64,000 nt of DNA, taken from Eledone cirrhosa. Its lineage: Eukaryota. The notes beneath the pieces are model-generated. The model saw nothing but the letters and a program-made list of their open reading frames with translations, had not been told where the DNA came from and ran no database searches. Positions 1 through 14,015 of the stretch are shown one piece after another. The first letter of the stretch is position 1; every line of letters starts with the position of its first letter. The position numbers were made by a program, and so were the translations under genes. The stretch spans positions 141,174,001 to 141,238,000 of the forward strand of contig OZ024742.1 in assembly GCA_964016885.1 (NCBI GenBank). The letters are read 5' to 3'.

Positions 1-1525
1 CGTTGAGATATACATGTTTGTGCTTAGTTAATTTGAGATAGGCTGTGTGAGTGTGTGTGTTTGTGTGTTTGTGAGTGAAGACAGGTTTCAAGAAGTCTCA
101 GTATTAAATCATGGTAATATAAATATTTGCATTTTGTGTATATATATATATATATATATATGCACATGTATACATATGTGTGTGTATATATGTATAAGTG
201 TATATATATGTGTGTGTGTGTGTGTGTGTGCACACCAAAAAGTGTCGGTTACTTGCAAGTAAGTGGCTGAATTTAAACTCAGAACATAAAGAGATGGAAC
301 AAAAACTGCAAGGTGTTATGTCTGATTCCATGACTTGTCAGCATCACTTAGTTATCTAAAATTGTCTTATTAGACATTGAAACACAGTATAGTTAAAGTG
401 TTAAAGTATTTGGATGTTTGGTTTCAGAGGAGAAAACCATTTTGAACAATTAAGTGATGTTAGCACTGGGTTTCAGCATATATAAATTCTCTATAGAGAA
501 CTTCGTCAATTACTCTTTGAATATGGTTTTAATTTCATTGTAAAATCTGCTCACATTCTATAGTGTGTGTATGTGTATGTGTGAAAAAAGTAAACACACA
601 CAAATATCTATGCATACATACACACGTGTAGATTTTTATTTATTTATATATTGTTGTCACTCAGAGTTTTCAAGGGAAAGTTGCTTTGGCGAGATTAGTT
701 AAAATAGATGACCCTCATCTGCCGAATGATCCGGGGGAAATAAGATTTCTGCTGGTCGCTTTAGGTGTTATGACATGGGGAGACCACTCATGCATAACGT
801 ACAAGTATCAATAAAAGTTGGGTTGAGGTTGCCTACCCTGTGACATCATACCGTGCAGACTTTGATAACTATGCAGATTCAACACTGTTGGAAGAAATGG
901 TGCCTGAACATAAGGTACAGAGTAGGAAGGTATGTGTGCGAGATGAAATTTCTGACACATCTGATGGGGTCAGTAACTCCACTTGAGTACTGACTTGGTC
1001 TGTGGCGACCCGTCCAACAATGTAGACTTACGACTGTGGGAAGTTCTCCTGTGACGGCAGATGAACAATATCCCAGATCTCCTACTCAGTAATATGGATT
1101 ATTTCAAGATCTGGAATGTCTCATTCAAGCATAGCTTACACACTTCTGTATCTTTTTTTTTTCATATGGGATGGCTGTGTCAACGATATTCTAGGTTATT
1201 GGAGTACATACAGATCTCTGGTCCCTTAGCTTCCCCAATTTATTTCACCAATACAACTTCTTTTAGATTCATCTCATCGTTACCTAATCACATGTAAATT
1301 CAGTGAAATTCTGAGTAGCAATGGTGTGAATCATTAATTTATTCCTATATAATATATATGGAATCGATAATTTACTTACACACACACACACACATATATA
1401 TGGGTTGTAAATTATATAGGTATATAAATGGCATCAAATATTTACTTTTGTGATGACTCCACACTCGTGGTAGCCATATATATATAAGAAACAAAATTGA
1501 ATTTTTTTTTATGTATGTGAGTATA

Positions 1526-1556
<31 letters not shown>

Positions 1557-2089
1557 GCCTTTAAAATCATGAATTTTTTAAATTACTCTAGGCTGGTGGT
1601 TATGTTACTTCAAATCCCTATAATGACATTTTGTCATGTTAAAACTGTTGACAATATTTACTGATTGTTTGGTTGTTTGTTTCTTAAAATAAATAAATAA
1701 AACTAAAGAAATATGTAAAATGAATTTAAAAATGATATATCACCATCACATATATAATTTATTTCTGCTTTTCTGGAAAACTAAGCTTATATCCTTGGTT
1801 TAAATAAAATCTTGTTTTATATTAATTGTGTTTTACGTTTTGGCTTCCTCATCATATTTCAGTTTCAGTGGTCTTATTCGTGTCAGTCACCAATCTGGTA
1901 CTTTGTCAAACTCGCGAAGACTAGGTTTATTTAAAGGTGGCTTTTACTCAACTCATTGTAGCTACGTCACTCAGTTGTGAGAGTTTTCTAGGGAGCTACA
2001 GGTGTCACCCATTGCTCCATCTCCCCTAGTTACCACTCTGGGGTTACTTATTCGTCCAGCAGTTGCCTGCTTATATCACAACTAGCCAT

Positions 2090-2830
2090 CATATCACTAT
2101 CTGCCACATGCGACCTAGAATTTGCAGACGACATAGTGTTACTTAACTTGACAGAAAGTGAGTTCCAATTTGCATTCGATAGGTTTGATGCAGAGTGCTG
2201 TATGGCTGGAATGAAAATCAGTGCTGTGCAAACTGAGATGCTCGTTCGTCCTCTCACGGGAGCCCGCACAGAGCACAATACATGTAAATGGAATTCCACG
2301 GAAGTAGGTAGAGAAATTCAAGTATCTCGGGGTCATGTTCACGACTGATGGAAGGCAGGAGGCTGAAAAGTGCAAGAAGGGAGGTAGTTGTAAAAGTCAA
2401 ATTCATTATCTTCAATTCGGTATTCATGCCGATTTTATCTTGGATAATGACTGAAAGAATATGATTGCGAATACAAGTGGCTGAAATGGGGGTTCCTCCA
2501 AAGGGTCCTTGGCGTAATGTTACTTGATAGTGTGTAGCTCAGAGATCAGAGAGTCACTCCAGGTAGAGCTGCTATTTCTCCGAATTGAGAGATCACAGTT
2601 CCGATACTATGGCCATATGTTTATAATGTCTCAGGAAAGAATTGCTGGACAGATTTTACGGGCAAAACTAACCAGTAGGAGACCCAGAGCAAGATGGTTG
2701 GCTAACATCCATGAGCTTGACTAGTCTTGCTTGGGGATCCAGCCGAATCAGTTGGAGATGGTTGCTTCTGGAAGGAGTGTCTGAGGACTCTGCCCCCACA
2801 ACCCTCTCAGGGATATGTGGGTGAAGAAGA
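2090..2830 (+). mobile_element. Degenerate RTE-type LINE fragment (RT C-terminal part)
   Basis: Broken frames give xFADD (ttt gca gac gac), GMKIS, FKYLG-like and RPRARW motifs; many stops and frameshifts. Confidence 0.7.
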
Positions 2831-4960
2831 AGTGTTTTACTTTCCTTTTGGAACATGTAAACCAGAACCAAATGCCATTCTTTTATTTTTTCATTAGTTT
2901 TAGTCATTGGATTGCAGCGATGATGGAGCAGTGCCTTGAAGAGGAATTTAGTCAGTCATATTGGCCTTAGTATTAATTTTAAAATCTGGTGGTACTTATT
3001 TTATCGATCTCTTTTTGTCGAACTGCTAAGTCATGGACATATATACTAAGTGGTAAATGTAAACACACACACATACACACATCTTGGGCTTCAAGTTAGT
3101 TTCCTTCTGCCAAATTTAATCATTGGTTACTTGTTCAGTGTCACACATTTGATCATATTGACTTCAGTATTTATTGTTAAGTTTGGTACTTATTTTATTG
3201 ATCTTTTTTTTTTTAACAGGTTACAGGACAGTAAGTATAAACCCAGACATGAACATACACACATACACATATATAGGATGGTCTTTTGCACAGTTTCACT
3301 CTACCAAATCTCACTCGCAATCATTCATCACGTGCCTAAAGTGCCACCCAATGATTGAAATCAATGAAGGTGTCATGTAATGAAAGAATAAAAGAATATT
3401 TGTCACACACACATATGATGGGCTTTGGCACAGTTTCTCTCTACCAAATTTCACTCACACTCATTCGTCAACTGCTCAAGGTGTGACAAAGTGAAACTGA
3501 ACCTGAAACCATGTGCCACAAACTAGAATATTTTAAAACTTGCTTTTGTGCTGATATGCAAGGCCAACATAAAACTAGAATTTTAACCCTTTTGATAGCA
3601 AGTTGTCTATGATGATACAATTTTAGTGTTCATATTGTAATTAAAACCTTCCAGTATAATTTTATGTAAGAACCTTTCAATTAGATTAATCAGTTTAATA
3701 ATAAAAAAGTTGGTTATTTTATTAAAGTCCTATTAATTCTTGATTATTCTAAAAACCAATAGAAACCAATATGCAGAGTGAGTATTTCATAAGAAATTTA
3801 GTCACATAAGGGTTAATAGTAAATATGTGTCACCTTTCATATCTCCACTGTCATGTCCTCTTCTTATAGGAAACAGGACTTTTCAGTCATGATAAAACAT
3901 CTCTAGTGTTAGTGTACTGCGAGTATTTCTTTCATCACCAAGTTGGTTGGAGATAGGAAGAATATCCTACTGTAGAAACTTTTCCAAAAAGGGATGAGAG
4001 AATTATTCAGTTGTCAAGGGCACAAAAACCTCTCTAGTGTTGTAGACATCATGAAATTCTTTGTTACAATATTTCTAATGAAATACACAGTTCTTGTGTT
4101 TCAATTAATTTTTGAAAATAATGAAGTATTTGGAGCAATTTGGTAAAATAACTAACTTTTCCATTATTAAGCTGATGTTTGGAATATTGCTTAACAAAAG
4201 AATGTCTCTTACATTAACTTATGGAAGGTTTTAATAGGCATATGAACACTTCAAAATAAGCTGTGTTATAGCTTAAAATCAATGGTGATTTCAGGTGAGT
4301 CGGTATCAAAAATATTAAAAAATAATATATTTATCATGCAGTTTTGGTTTACCTGTCATTAAAGAGATATGATATATATATTGACATGAGGAAAAAGTAC
4401 CTAGTCCAACATGCCAGTTGGTCGTTTAGGTGTCGTGATAAATAGTACTCAGACCATGTTGTAAATATGGTTGGTGTTTGGAAGGGCTTCCAGACATAGA
4501 AACCAAACCAAAAACCATTCTGTATGAGCAAGACATGATCACCTGATCTGGCTTGTCTCAATATGGGACAACTTGTCTAACTCATGCTAGTATGAAAAAT
4601 GGATGTTAAATAGTGGTGATGATGATGATTGCAATAAAGTGAGATTTGGGTTCCTTAAAAATCACTGGGACGCATTAGTTAATGATTATTAATTTTAGTG
4701 TCAGGATAACAATCAAATCTGCTGCAGCAGTACTGTGTGTGTCTGTGTATGTATGTTTCAAGTTGTAAGAGACAGTTTTGCACCTAGGAACCTAAAAGTT
4801 GGCATATGAGTGCATCCTTTCAACAACTCTATTGTTGTTGTTTCTTTGATAGTTTCCAGAAAATTTCTACTGCATTACCAGGAACACCTCTGTACTCCTG
4901 AGGTATGTGCAGCTTACTTATTTTTGTGGTGGTGAGTATACACTCCTGTTAGATTGTTAT

Positions 4961-5324
4961 TAGCAGTATCGGTAGAGCGTCAGACACCATGCTTTTCAGC
5001 ATAGAGTTATGGCCCTTTACGTTCTGAGTTCAAATCCCGCTGAAGTTAACTTTGCCTTTCATCCTTAAGGGGTTGATAAAATAAAGCACCAGTAATGCAC
5101 TGGGTAATTGCTGGCCTTGTGCGAAAAGTAGAAACAATTATTACTGGCAATATCAGTAGAGGGTCAGACGCCATGCTTTGCAGCACAGTTACGTCCCTTT
5201 ACGATTTAAGTTCAAATCCCGCCGAGGTTAACTTTGCCTTTCATCCTTACGGGTTTGATAAAATAAAGTACCAGTAATGTACTGGGTAATTGCTGGCCTT
5301 GTGCCAAAAGTAGAAACAATTATT
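4961..5324 (+). mobile_element. Two tandem tRNA-derived SINEs (Meta/MESC-domain type)
   Basis: tRNA-like head with B box gagttcaaatcc, core gcctttcatcc...gataaaataaagtaccag, (att)n tail; more than 10 copies in the window. Confidence 0.85.
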
Positions 5325-5750
5325 ACTTTGATATCTCAGTCATTGTTATTATTTAACTGGAAATTTTTTTGTCCAGTTGTATCATGAAATCCCACAGCAC
5401 CTTCACCTGATTGTTTTCTATCACCGTCTCTGGCCTATGCTCAAACTATTTCTCAGAATGAGGTAGTTTGTTCAGTTTGCATAAATGTCAGTGAATCACT
5501 TTTCCTATAATATCATGCCTCCATCCTTTATAGTGAGTCTGGGCTAGGTGTTTACACTTGGATACAATGTGAGCCAATTTCCTCTCTCTCCCCACAGATC
5601 CTACAGAGTGGGCTAGCCTTGTCAATATGGTGTTTCATCCACTTTGTTCTAAGGGCTTGCTCCAGTGTGACTTTCTTAAGGTCCCCTTTCTTTAACCAGT
5701 TCTATGTCTGTGGATTTCTGAATTCCGTTTTCTTTAAAAAGATGTTAGGA

Positions 5751-5941
5751 AGGGCCTTTTTCATTCAGGTTGTTCTTCCTCTTCATTGTTACTTCTTTCT
5801 TTGGCATCCCCTGGTCTATTGTCTCCTCCTTCAATATAGCCTTAAGCATTGGCTATATTGAAGGAGGAGACAATAGACCAGGGGATGCCAAAGAAAGAAG
5901 TAACAATGAAGAGGAAGAACAACCTGAATGAAAAAGGCCCT
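5751..5941. repeat. Perfect inverted repeat, about 91-bp arms, 9-nt loop
   Basis: 5751-5841 is the reverse complement of 5851-5941. Confidence 0.9.
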
Positions 5942-5949
5942 ACCAAATA

Positions 5950-6740
5950 AGACATTTCGTCATGGAAGGGGCAGACTCGGGAGGACTTGGGATTTGGTGG
6001 TGAAGACCAACATTAAGAAGCTGAAACCCACAACGGAGATGACAAAGGACTGTAAGAATTGGTGACATGCTGCACCAGAGAATACCTATCTACCAGCATG
6101 TGACCTGATTCATCCCCATGCCCCCTTTCCACTCCATTAACACTCCTTAGTCACTAACTTCACCTTCACTGACACCCCACCCATCTCTGCCTCTCCACTA
6201 TCACCTCTTAATAGGTATTCTCACCCATCACTACATCGGTACCTCTAAAATTTTGACACACCCTCCCCTATACTATCCGAGGTCACCCCCTTTCCTTTCA
6301 CCCATCCCCCTGTCAAATCTCACCATACTTGCCATACACCCATAACATCATACTAAATTTCCTTCTCCCACTCCTCTTGCAGAGCAGAGAGGTCTCTTCA
6401 GTTTGGACAATAACTGGCAATGTCACAAGTGCTGGCATCACAAAAATGCACCCAGTATAACCTGTAAGGTGGTTGGTGATGGAAAGCCATAGAAAGCTTG
6501 CCAAACAAAGGGTTGGGAGGACTTTTGGTGGTGTCAAAGATAAAATAGTCCCTGCCACCACTAGTGCTAGTATTATGGTAAAATACACCTGGTAAAGCAC
6601 AGGACAGTATGTGAGTTGCAGACTCCCAGCTCATCTGAGAGGTCAGATAGCACTGACTTGGTCTCTGAAGACCCGTCCAACCATTGCTAGTAGGGAAAAC
6701 AGACGTTAAATGATGATAATAATGATGATGATGATCATCA
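5950..6740 (+). mobile_element. Decayed RTE LINE 3' end with (GAT)n tail
   Basis: GRGRxGRTW-like remnant at about 5965-5990; ends acccgtccaac...gacgttaaatgatgat, similar to the 3' end of the RTE at 15.5 kb. Confidence 0.6.
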
Positions 6741-7568
6741 TCATATTGGATGGTAATGATATGTTTTAAATGAGTTAACAACCCACATCTCCCAGATTAT
6801 TATGTCTCTGCTATAAATTTATTCAATGAATTTCTGTTCATACTTTTTTCTCTTGTGTTACAATTACAAATGTTATATCAACCAATCCTTCCATTGAAAT
6901 TTAATTTATATGTCTGGGTCTTTCATCACCTTTTCCCATTCTTTCCCTCATACAATGAAGGATTGGCTTACATTTACATTAATACTTTTGGGATTTGGTA
7001 GTGCAGACCAACTTCTTTGAGCCAATAAGGAAACCTTTACATGGTCGCACCATCTGCTAGAATAGTAGCCAAATCTCTTTCAAATCCCATCTTGTTGTCT
7101 TAAAATACGTACAAATTGGGTAATGTGAAACTAGATGCACTGTACATTTGTTTTTCTACTTAGTGAGAGAGGGAAGGGCAGTGCTCATAACTCTTTTAAC
7201 CAAAATCTACTACCCTCGTAGACCACTGTGGAATTTGAACTTAAAATAGAAAGAACCAGAATGTAGTAACGAAGCAGAGAGGTCCTCAGCTTAAATACGG
7301 AACACTCTACGAAAAAATGTCAATCACTAGAACACGTTTTATCAGATGACCAGTAAGTCTCAAATATCAACAAAGGAAATATGAAATTAATATCAAATAA
7401 CCCATGCTACCAAAATCTTTGTTTTTCTGTATCCTGGTTTTGCCAAAACAGGGGTTAGTTAGGCTTGTAGGATCCCAGGAAGGTTTCATGCTCAGCCTAG
7501 GATTCTTTTTGAACTAATGTTTTATGGCTGGAAACTCTTCTTGGTGCCAACCATTTTAGTTGTCTCTT

Positions 7569-8870
7569 CAGTGGCAGCTCGTGCAGCACCCCCTATTTTC
7601 ATTTGATATAACATTCAAGCTTAATGTCAGTAGCCAACTCCTCGTTCCTAAAAAATTACAAAAATCCTTGTATAGGACTGTATGTTCACAATTCCAGCGA
7701 TGAACACATGTCCGAGGAAAGAAGCTGAACGCTGGTTAGAGAGAGCACAGTTGCTTACGCAGTGCCGACCATGTCTGAGTGTAGGGTAGTGTTATTTTTT
7801 ATTCAGCGTGTGTTATGCTTAACAACCATGTACCATATTCTTGAATGATGAACTGTAGATGATTATCATGCTTCCAGCTATTCTATTTAATTCATAGTTT
7901 TTTTTTCGGTTGTTTTATTGTATAGAAAATTTAAATAACTTAACCATAATCTCCTTGCATCCCCAAGAAATAAGTTCTGTGACAGTTCTGAACTTCAACA
8001 GCTTAACTTTTCTCAGTTGTCTCTCTATGAGAAGTTAAAATTAAGAAAAGAGACCGTTCAACACCTGATATTTAAATATCTCATCCAGCAATAAACAACA
8101 AGAGGTATATTCGTAGCTTTAATTCTGAATGGTACTAACGAAAAGTTGGCTCAGCGACTGTGAAGTTAAAATGCATTGTTTTGCTTCCCATGTTTGCTGT
8201 TTGGAGGTGATGTAACGTGGAAAACAGACTGTTTTAGAAATATAAACAAAATGAAAGAAAAACTGAAAAACTTGAGAAGTCAAAGAAGCATGTTGAAAAT
8301 GTGGTTTCACTGTCACTTTTAGGAAACGTAAATATTAAAGAGAAACTTAGGCATACAGACTTTCAATCAATGAGCATAACATCAAGGTTAAAAAGAACCG
8401 TAAAATTTTATGCAGCAAGTATTACACAGAATGCAAGAATATTTTTCTCTAGCATTTTGGCTATCCCAACATTCTTCTCAAGATCACCACAACATGTATC
8501 CATTCTCAAGACGCATATTGACGTCAGCATTCCACGTCCATTCTCTACAAGGTGGAACTTCAACATACAGACCGCGAACAGAGTTCATGAAAATTTGTAA
8601 CCTTCAAAAAGTTGCCTTATTGAAATTCAGTCACCATCAAATGCAAATCAAACCATTGCAGAAGCAACAGGAATTTTAAAATACCTGAATAATGATAATT
8701 TCATATTTTGATTAGAGTTTTTTCATTAGATTATGCCTCATGTTGAAGTAATTTACAACCAAATGCAATTTATGAATATATAATAGATTTCAAAATTGCT
8801 ATTTAGAAATAAGAAACTCGAAGTACTGTGAGAATCCTTCAAAGATACTCATGGAAAAGGAAGTGTGTGA
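7569..8870 (+). mobile_element. hAT transposase remnant (ZMYM1-like/Tip100 type)
   Basis: SITQNARIFF and PRPFSTRWNFNIQTANRVHENL in ORF 8301-8600; possible TIR cagtggcagctcgtg at 7569. Confidence 0.6.
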
Positions 8871-8941
8871 CTGCATATGGACAGATATTTTCCAGCAAGC
8901 GCTTAGTTGCTTCTTTAGGAATATTATCTTTAGAGGAAAGG

Positions 8942-9101
8942 GCGGTGGATTGGCAGTATCGGTAGAGGGTCGGACGCCATGCTTTCCAGCATAGTTACGT
9001 CCCTTTACGATCTGAGTTCAAATCCCGCCGAGGTCGATAAAATAAAGTACAGTAATGCACTCTGGGTAATTGCTGGCCTTGTGCCTAAAGTAGAAACAAT
9101 T
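8942..9101 (+). mobile_element. tRNA-derived SINE with internal deletion
   Basis: Same family as 4961-5324; lacks the gcctttcatcc segment. Confidence 0.85.
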
Positions 9102-9378
9102 ATCTTTAGAGGAAGTTAATAGATGATATATATGTATGTGTTGAGAATGTGTGTATTTGTGTATTATATCACAGAAGTCACAATTGAAGATGTTAAAAGC
9201 AATGTTGTGGAAAATAGCATCATACGACTTTATAATGTTTATAATATATAATTTATTTACAAACCGATTACAAAGGTTTAGCTGGCATGCTAAGAGAAAT
9301 GAATAGACAAATTAAGAGTTTAAGGAGGTATGGTCAACTGGCTGAGGCGTTAGCCAGACCCGTAGTGATATTTATTGC

Positions 9379-9578
9379 NNNNNNNNNNNNNNNNNNNNNN
9401 NNNNNNNNNNNNNNNNNNNNNNNNNNNNNNNNNNNNNNNNNNNNNNNNNNNNNNNNNNNNNNNNNNNNNNNNNNNNNNNNNNNNNNNNNNNNNNNNNNNN
9501 NNNNNNNNNNNNNNNNNNNNNNNNNNNNNNNNNNNNNNNNNNNNNNNNNNNNNNNNNNNNNNNNNNNNNNNNNNNNNN
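9379..9578. other. Assembly gap (200 N)
   Basis: Run of N. Confidence 1.
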
Positions 9579-9978
9579 AATTTCGTTAACAGTCATCCAG
9601 GAATCAAGGAAAAATGTTCTATCAAAGTAAAACAAGAAGAATGGATTTCATTTTAAAATGAATGGATCAAGCTTGAACTGTTGGTAAAAAATAATGTTTT
9701 CGTTTAGGATTTTATGAAGTTTATGTATGGCCACTACATTTTAGCTGGTTGGTAAGAACTCTGTAACTGCTTGGATTGGTTGGCAGCGGGCTATTTATCA
9801 GCATTCCTTCGATTCGTCTCCGGGACTCGAGAATGAGCAGATGGCCGTTTGATATGTGAAAATCTCAGACATGGTGGCAATCGAAAGCCTATTCACAATG
9901 GAACTTATCTATGAGGCCACCAAAGGTCAGCTTCATGGTGGCTGCTTGAAACTGTGAAAGGAACTCTATGAAGGAGAA

Positions 9979-12033
9979 TGTAGCAAGAGTTGCCTCCCTT
10001 GTTATGACAATCAAATCACCGCTCTCTAGACAGGAAGTAGCTGGAGTTACTTCCCGTTGGGGTGGCAGAACCCTTTTTGTCACTTCCGTCTTGGAACCTA
10101 TAAAAGGGATACTCAGAGCGATCTCTCTCTCATTTGCCCTCTTCTAACCAGCCTGGCCCTTCGGCCAGGCGTCTTCGGCCAGGCGCGTTCGACTGGCAAC
10201 CCTAACATGGTCTCTTGCGAGCTCACTTCAAAACGGTAACAAATAACTTTACTTCATTCTTTCATCTACTTTCATTGACTTGTCAACCATCCTGTTCTAC
10301 ATAACTTCAACTTGTTAATTAAACTTTATACACACAACTGAGTCTTTTGTTATATTCATACACGCCAGTATTTTGTTATAAGTGGTGACCCCGAATAGAA
10401 AATAAAAAAATAACAGAACCTGGTGTTGTGTGAGTATGGAAAAAAAGAAAATTAATTAGCAGTACCCCATTTTCGTGGGAATGTGCCGACCAACATTTCG
10501 AATACGCAGCAAACTTTATTAACAAACTAGGAAAAATTCGCAGACACAGAAACGAACACACGCACATGTGAAATTCTCGTTCAGACAGACTCTTTTTCAA
10601 CATGAACATTTATTTTTGCTGAATCTCAACTATTGCTTATTCTTTCCACCAAGTTATTTTCATCGTTCACAAAAAATTGAACTCGCCATATGTGTTATAC
10701 CAAGTGAAGCCTTTCTTTCTTTTTCATCATATTATCACGTTCACACACAAATCTTTCAAAATGGCTGCCAACGACCTGTTGCACTATGATTTTCGCGCCA
10801 TTTTCTCGCGCAATAGAAATATTTTTTTTTCAACTTGACTTTAACCTTGTTTCGGCACGTGTGGGGGAGCACACATCTCGACTCACTGAGATAACACACG
10901 CCATAGATAATGTTTCTTGCCAAGGATTCTCCAGCCTTAAGCTATATTCTCCTATTTGCCGGTTTAAAAATTTACCACGTAAATTTGCCGTTGAAAACTG
11001 CGCATTTATTCAGAATGCTTATTTCTTTGGTCGCTGGCCTCTTGACCCTTCCAGGCCAACGCATTCTCAACATCGACCATCAACTTTGGCTGTTATTTCT
11101 AGCACTTTGCGCAACTCATTTTTTCTGGGAAAATTTTTACTGTGAATTTAAACAACATCGAATACGTTCACACCGCGAGACAACAACATCAACAACCAAA
11201 ACCAACAGAACAAAACAGAATTTATTTTTGCAGCACTCTTCCTGTGAGAAAATCCCACCGATTTTCACGTTGTACCACAGTCTACAGACCACCTGCATAC
11301 ATTCTCTGGGTGACACACTTTCTTTCTTGCTGTCATGTGATTGCACACCTGTGAACTGTATTTTGAACATTTGAACTTTGACCTCTTCTTTTACTTTGAT
11401 TACATTGTATCTTTGAGTGATGGATAGATAGATGTCCAGTCGTTCTCTGGCCAAGAGCGGTTGGCTACCTTGATATATATATCATTGATTTTTGCATGCA
11501 TATATTTTGCTGTTTTCCTTTTATTGCAAACATTATTTTTTTCGTAATTTTCATGCCTGGACTTTGGTGTTACATGCTCGCCATCTTACTCCATACATGG
11601 TTCATTCGATTTTTATATTTTAAAAATCTGGCGGGGGATAATGTAGCAAGAGTTGCCTCCCTTGTTATGACAATCACATCACCGCTCTCTAGACAGGAAG
11701 TAGCTAGAGTTACTTCCCGTTGGGGTGGCAGAACCCTTTTTGTCACTTCCGTCTTGGACCCTATAAAAGGGATACTCAGAGCGATCTCTCTCTCATTTGC
11801 CCTTTCGACTGCTGGCCTACGGCCAGGCGCGTTCGCCGAGTCTCTACTCTCTGGCAACCCTAACATGGTCTCTTGCGAGCTAACTTCAAAACGGTAACAA
11901 ATAACTTTACTTCATATTTCATCTACTCTTGACATGTCAACAATTCTATACTACATAACTTCAACTTGTTAATTAAACTTTATATACACAACCTAGTGTC
12001 TGCTATATTCATACACACGAGTATTTTGTTATA
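9979..12033 (+). mobile_element. Small non-autonomous LTR retrotransposon
   Basis: Direct repeats 9979-10380 and 11642-12033 (TGT...TATA); PBS TGGTGACCCCGA at 10383-10394 matches the tRNA-Trp 3' end; purine tract ggcgggggataa before the 3' LTR; flanks agaa/agac. Confidence 0.85.
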
Positions 12034-12068
12034 AGACTATCAAATTACTGCTACATATATATATATTA

Positions 12069-13234
12069 CAGGGAAAAATGCGGGCGCATGTAAAGAAATA
12101 TTCTTAAATTAATAAACCTAGAAAAGTAAAGGACAAGTTATTACACCTGGAAAAGTAAAGGACAAGAAAACTTCTTCTTAAAACTTCTTAAAATATTGCA
12201 GCTATAGTATAAATTTGAATAATAAAAAATATTTGATTTAAATATACATAGAAAGTGATAAATTCTAATAATACAGTTGACTTTCTAATTGATAATAATA
12301 CTAATTTATGATCATTTATTTAATTTTGTGATCCTAATTTACACCATAGTGGTTGGGTCATTAAATAAATATACTTTATTTTACTTTACTAAATGGGACT
12401 GAAAAAATGAGTGACAATTATAAACATCAAATAAAACAAAATTTTGGCGTGTAAATGACACTAACAATTAATTAATAATTAATTAGGGAGCCAACTGTAA
12501 TGATAAATAATAACAAATTAAAATTGTTTAATAATGAAATTTAAGACCTGTCAGAGATCAAAATAACCAATCTACATTTTTAGGTAGAGTAAAATTAGAC
12601 TACAATTAAAAATTAAACATTGTCTAATTCAACAGTTCATCTAATGAATTGATGAATTCACTATAAATGAATAATTGATGAATTGACTTTTACCTAATTT
12701 TGCCCCTTGAGATGTTGAATTTTACTATATTATAAAAAAAAATCTGTAATACTCATAAAAAGTGCAATTATATGATGCACTGTTTTTGATTTATTTTACT
12801 GCATTATTTTATAACTAAATTTTTAAAAATATAATTTGATTAAGAGTGAACATTTTTAAATATCTTATAACATAAATTAATAAATTGTACATATTAATTA
12901 TTATTATTATTATTAATAAATTATTGTACAAATTTTATTTTAAAAAGATTAATTTGTATACACCAAGAAAAAAATTAAGTATACAGTAGTCAAATCTCCC
13001 TATAAGACAGTCATTTTTCCAGTCCTTTAAAGTGATATTTTTTTAACAATTAACTTATAATTATTTATTTTTAGTTTTATAATCTAAATATTTTTTTTCA
13101 AATTTAGACTTTAGCTGCAATATTTTAAGAAGTTTTCTTGTCCTTTACTTTTCCAGGTGTAATAACTTGTCCTTTACTTTTCTAGGTTTATTAATTTAAG
13201 AATATTTCTTTACATGCGCCCGCATTTTTCCCTG
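12069..13234. mobile_element. MITE / non-autonomous Tc1-mariner-like element
   Basis: About 130-bp near-identical TIRs CAGGGAAAAATGCGGGCGC...GCGCCCGCATTTTTCCCTG, TA on both flanks, very AT-rich non-coding interior. Confidence 0.85.
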
Positions 13235-13315
13235 TAATCCACTTTTTTTCCAGGCAATGCAAGGATATTATATTAATATTAAAAATATTTATCAACAAAT
13301 AAGTTAAATAAATAA

Positions 13316-13663
13316 TAATTGTTTCTACTTTAGGCACAAGGCCAGCAATTATCCAGTGCATTACTGGTACTTTATTTTATCGACCCCGTAAGGATGAAAG
13401 GCAAAGTTAACCTCGGCGGGATTTGAACTCAGATCGTAAAGGGACGTAACTATGCTGGAAAGCATGGCGTCCGACCCTCCACCGATACTGCCAATCCACC
13501 GCCTTAGTTAAATAAATAATAATTGTTTCTACTTTAGGCACAAGGCCAGCAATTACACAGTGTATTACTGGTACTTTATTTTATCGACCCTGTAAGGATG
13601 AAAGGCAAAGTCAACCTCGGCGGGATTTGAACTCAGATCGTAAAGGGACGTAACTATGCTGGA
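13316..13663 (-). mobile_element. Two tRNA-derived SINEs (second is 5'-truncated)
   Basis: Reverse complement of the 4961-type SINE. Confidence 0.85.
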
Positions 13664-13698
13664 AAATAATGAATAGGAAGAAGTGCAGATAGGAAAAG

Positions 13699-13771
13699 TA
13701 ATCAGAGTGGGAATCGAACCCACGACCTTCGGATTGCCGGTCCGCTGCTCTACCGACTGAGCTACCTGACC
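13699..13771 (-). tRNA. tRNA-like sequence, anticodon GGC; probably a pseudogene or SINE head
   Basis: Cloverleaf GGTCAGG-TA-GCTCAGTCGGTAGAGC-A-GCGGA CCGGCAA TCCGA-AGGTC-GTGGG TTCGATT CCCAC-TCTGATT-A followed by TTTT; C33 instead of U33, three G-U pairs in the acceptor stem. Confidence 0.55.
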
Positions 13772-14015
13772 ACAATTCACTATGGTACAATCTATCACTA
13801 TTTTAATGTATTAGAAATTAGAAACAAACTAAGCGTTACTTATGTATGTAGTTCCTTACACTTATTTTTATGTAACTTTTTTTCTACTGAACCAAATTTC
13901 AATATTTTTATGTCAAAAAGTAGCTTATCTGTGGTCCTATAAAGTGCAAAAACCGCATCCAATTCTATCAAAAATTGAATTAGTGACAAAGCTTTGAAGG
14001 TGTCGCGAGTGACCG

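Noticed and set aside
3205-3236. Apparent micro-exon (tttaacag...gtaagt)
   Set aside because: Lies within a decayed SINE-like segment also seen at 2990-3070
9287-9656. ORFs spanning the N run
   Set aside because: Artefacts of the assembly gap
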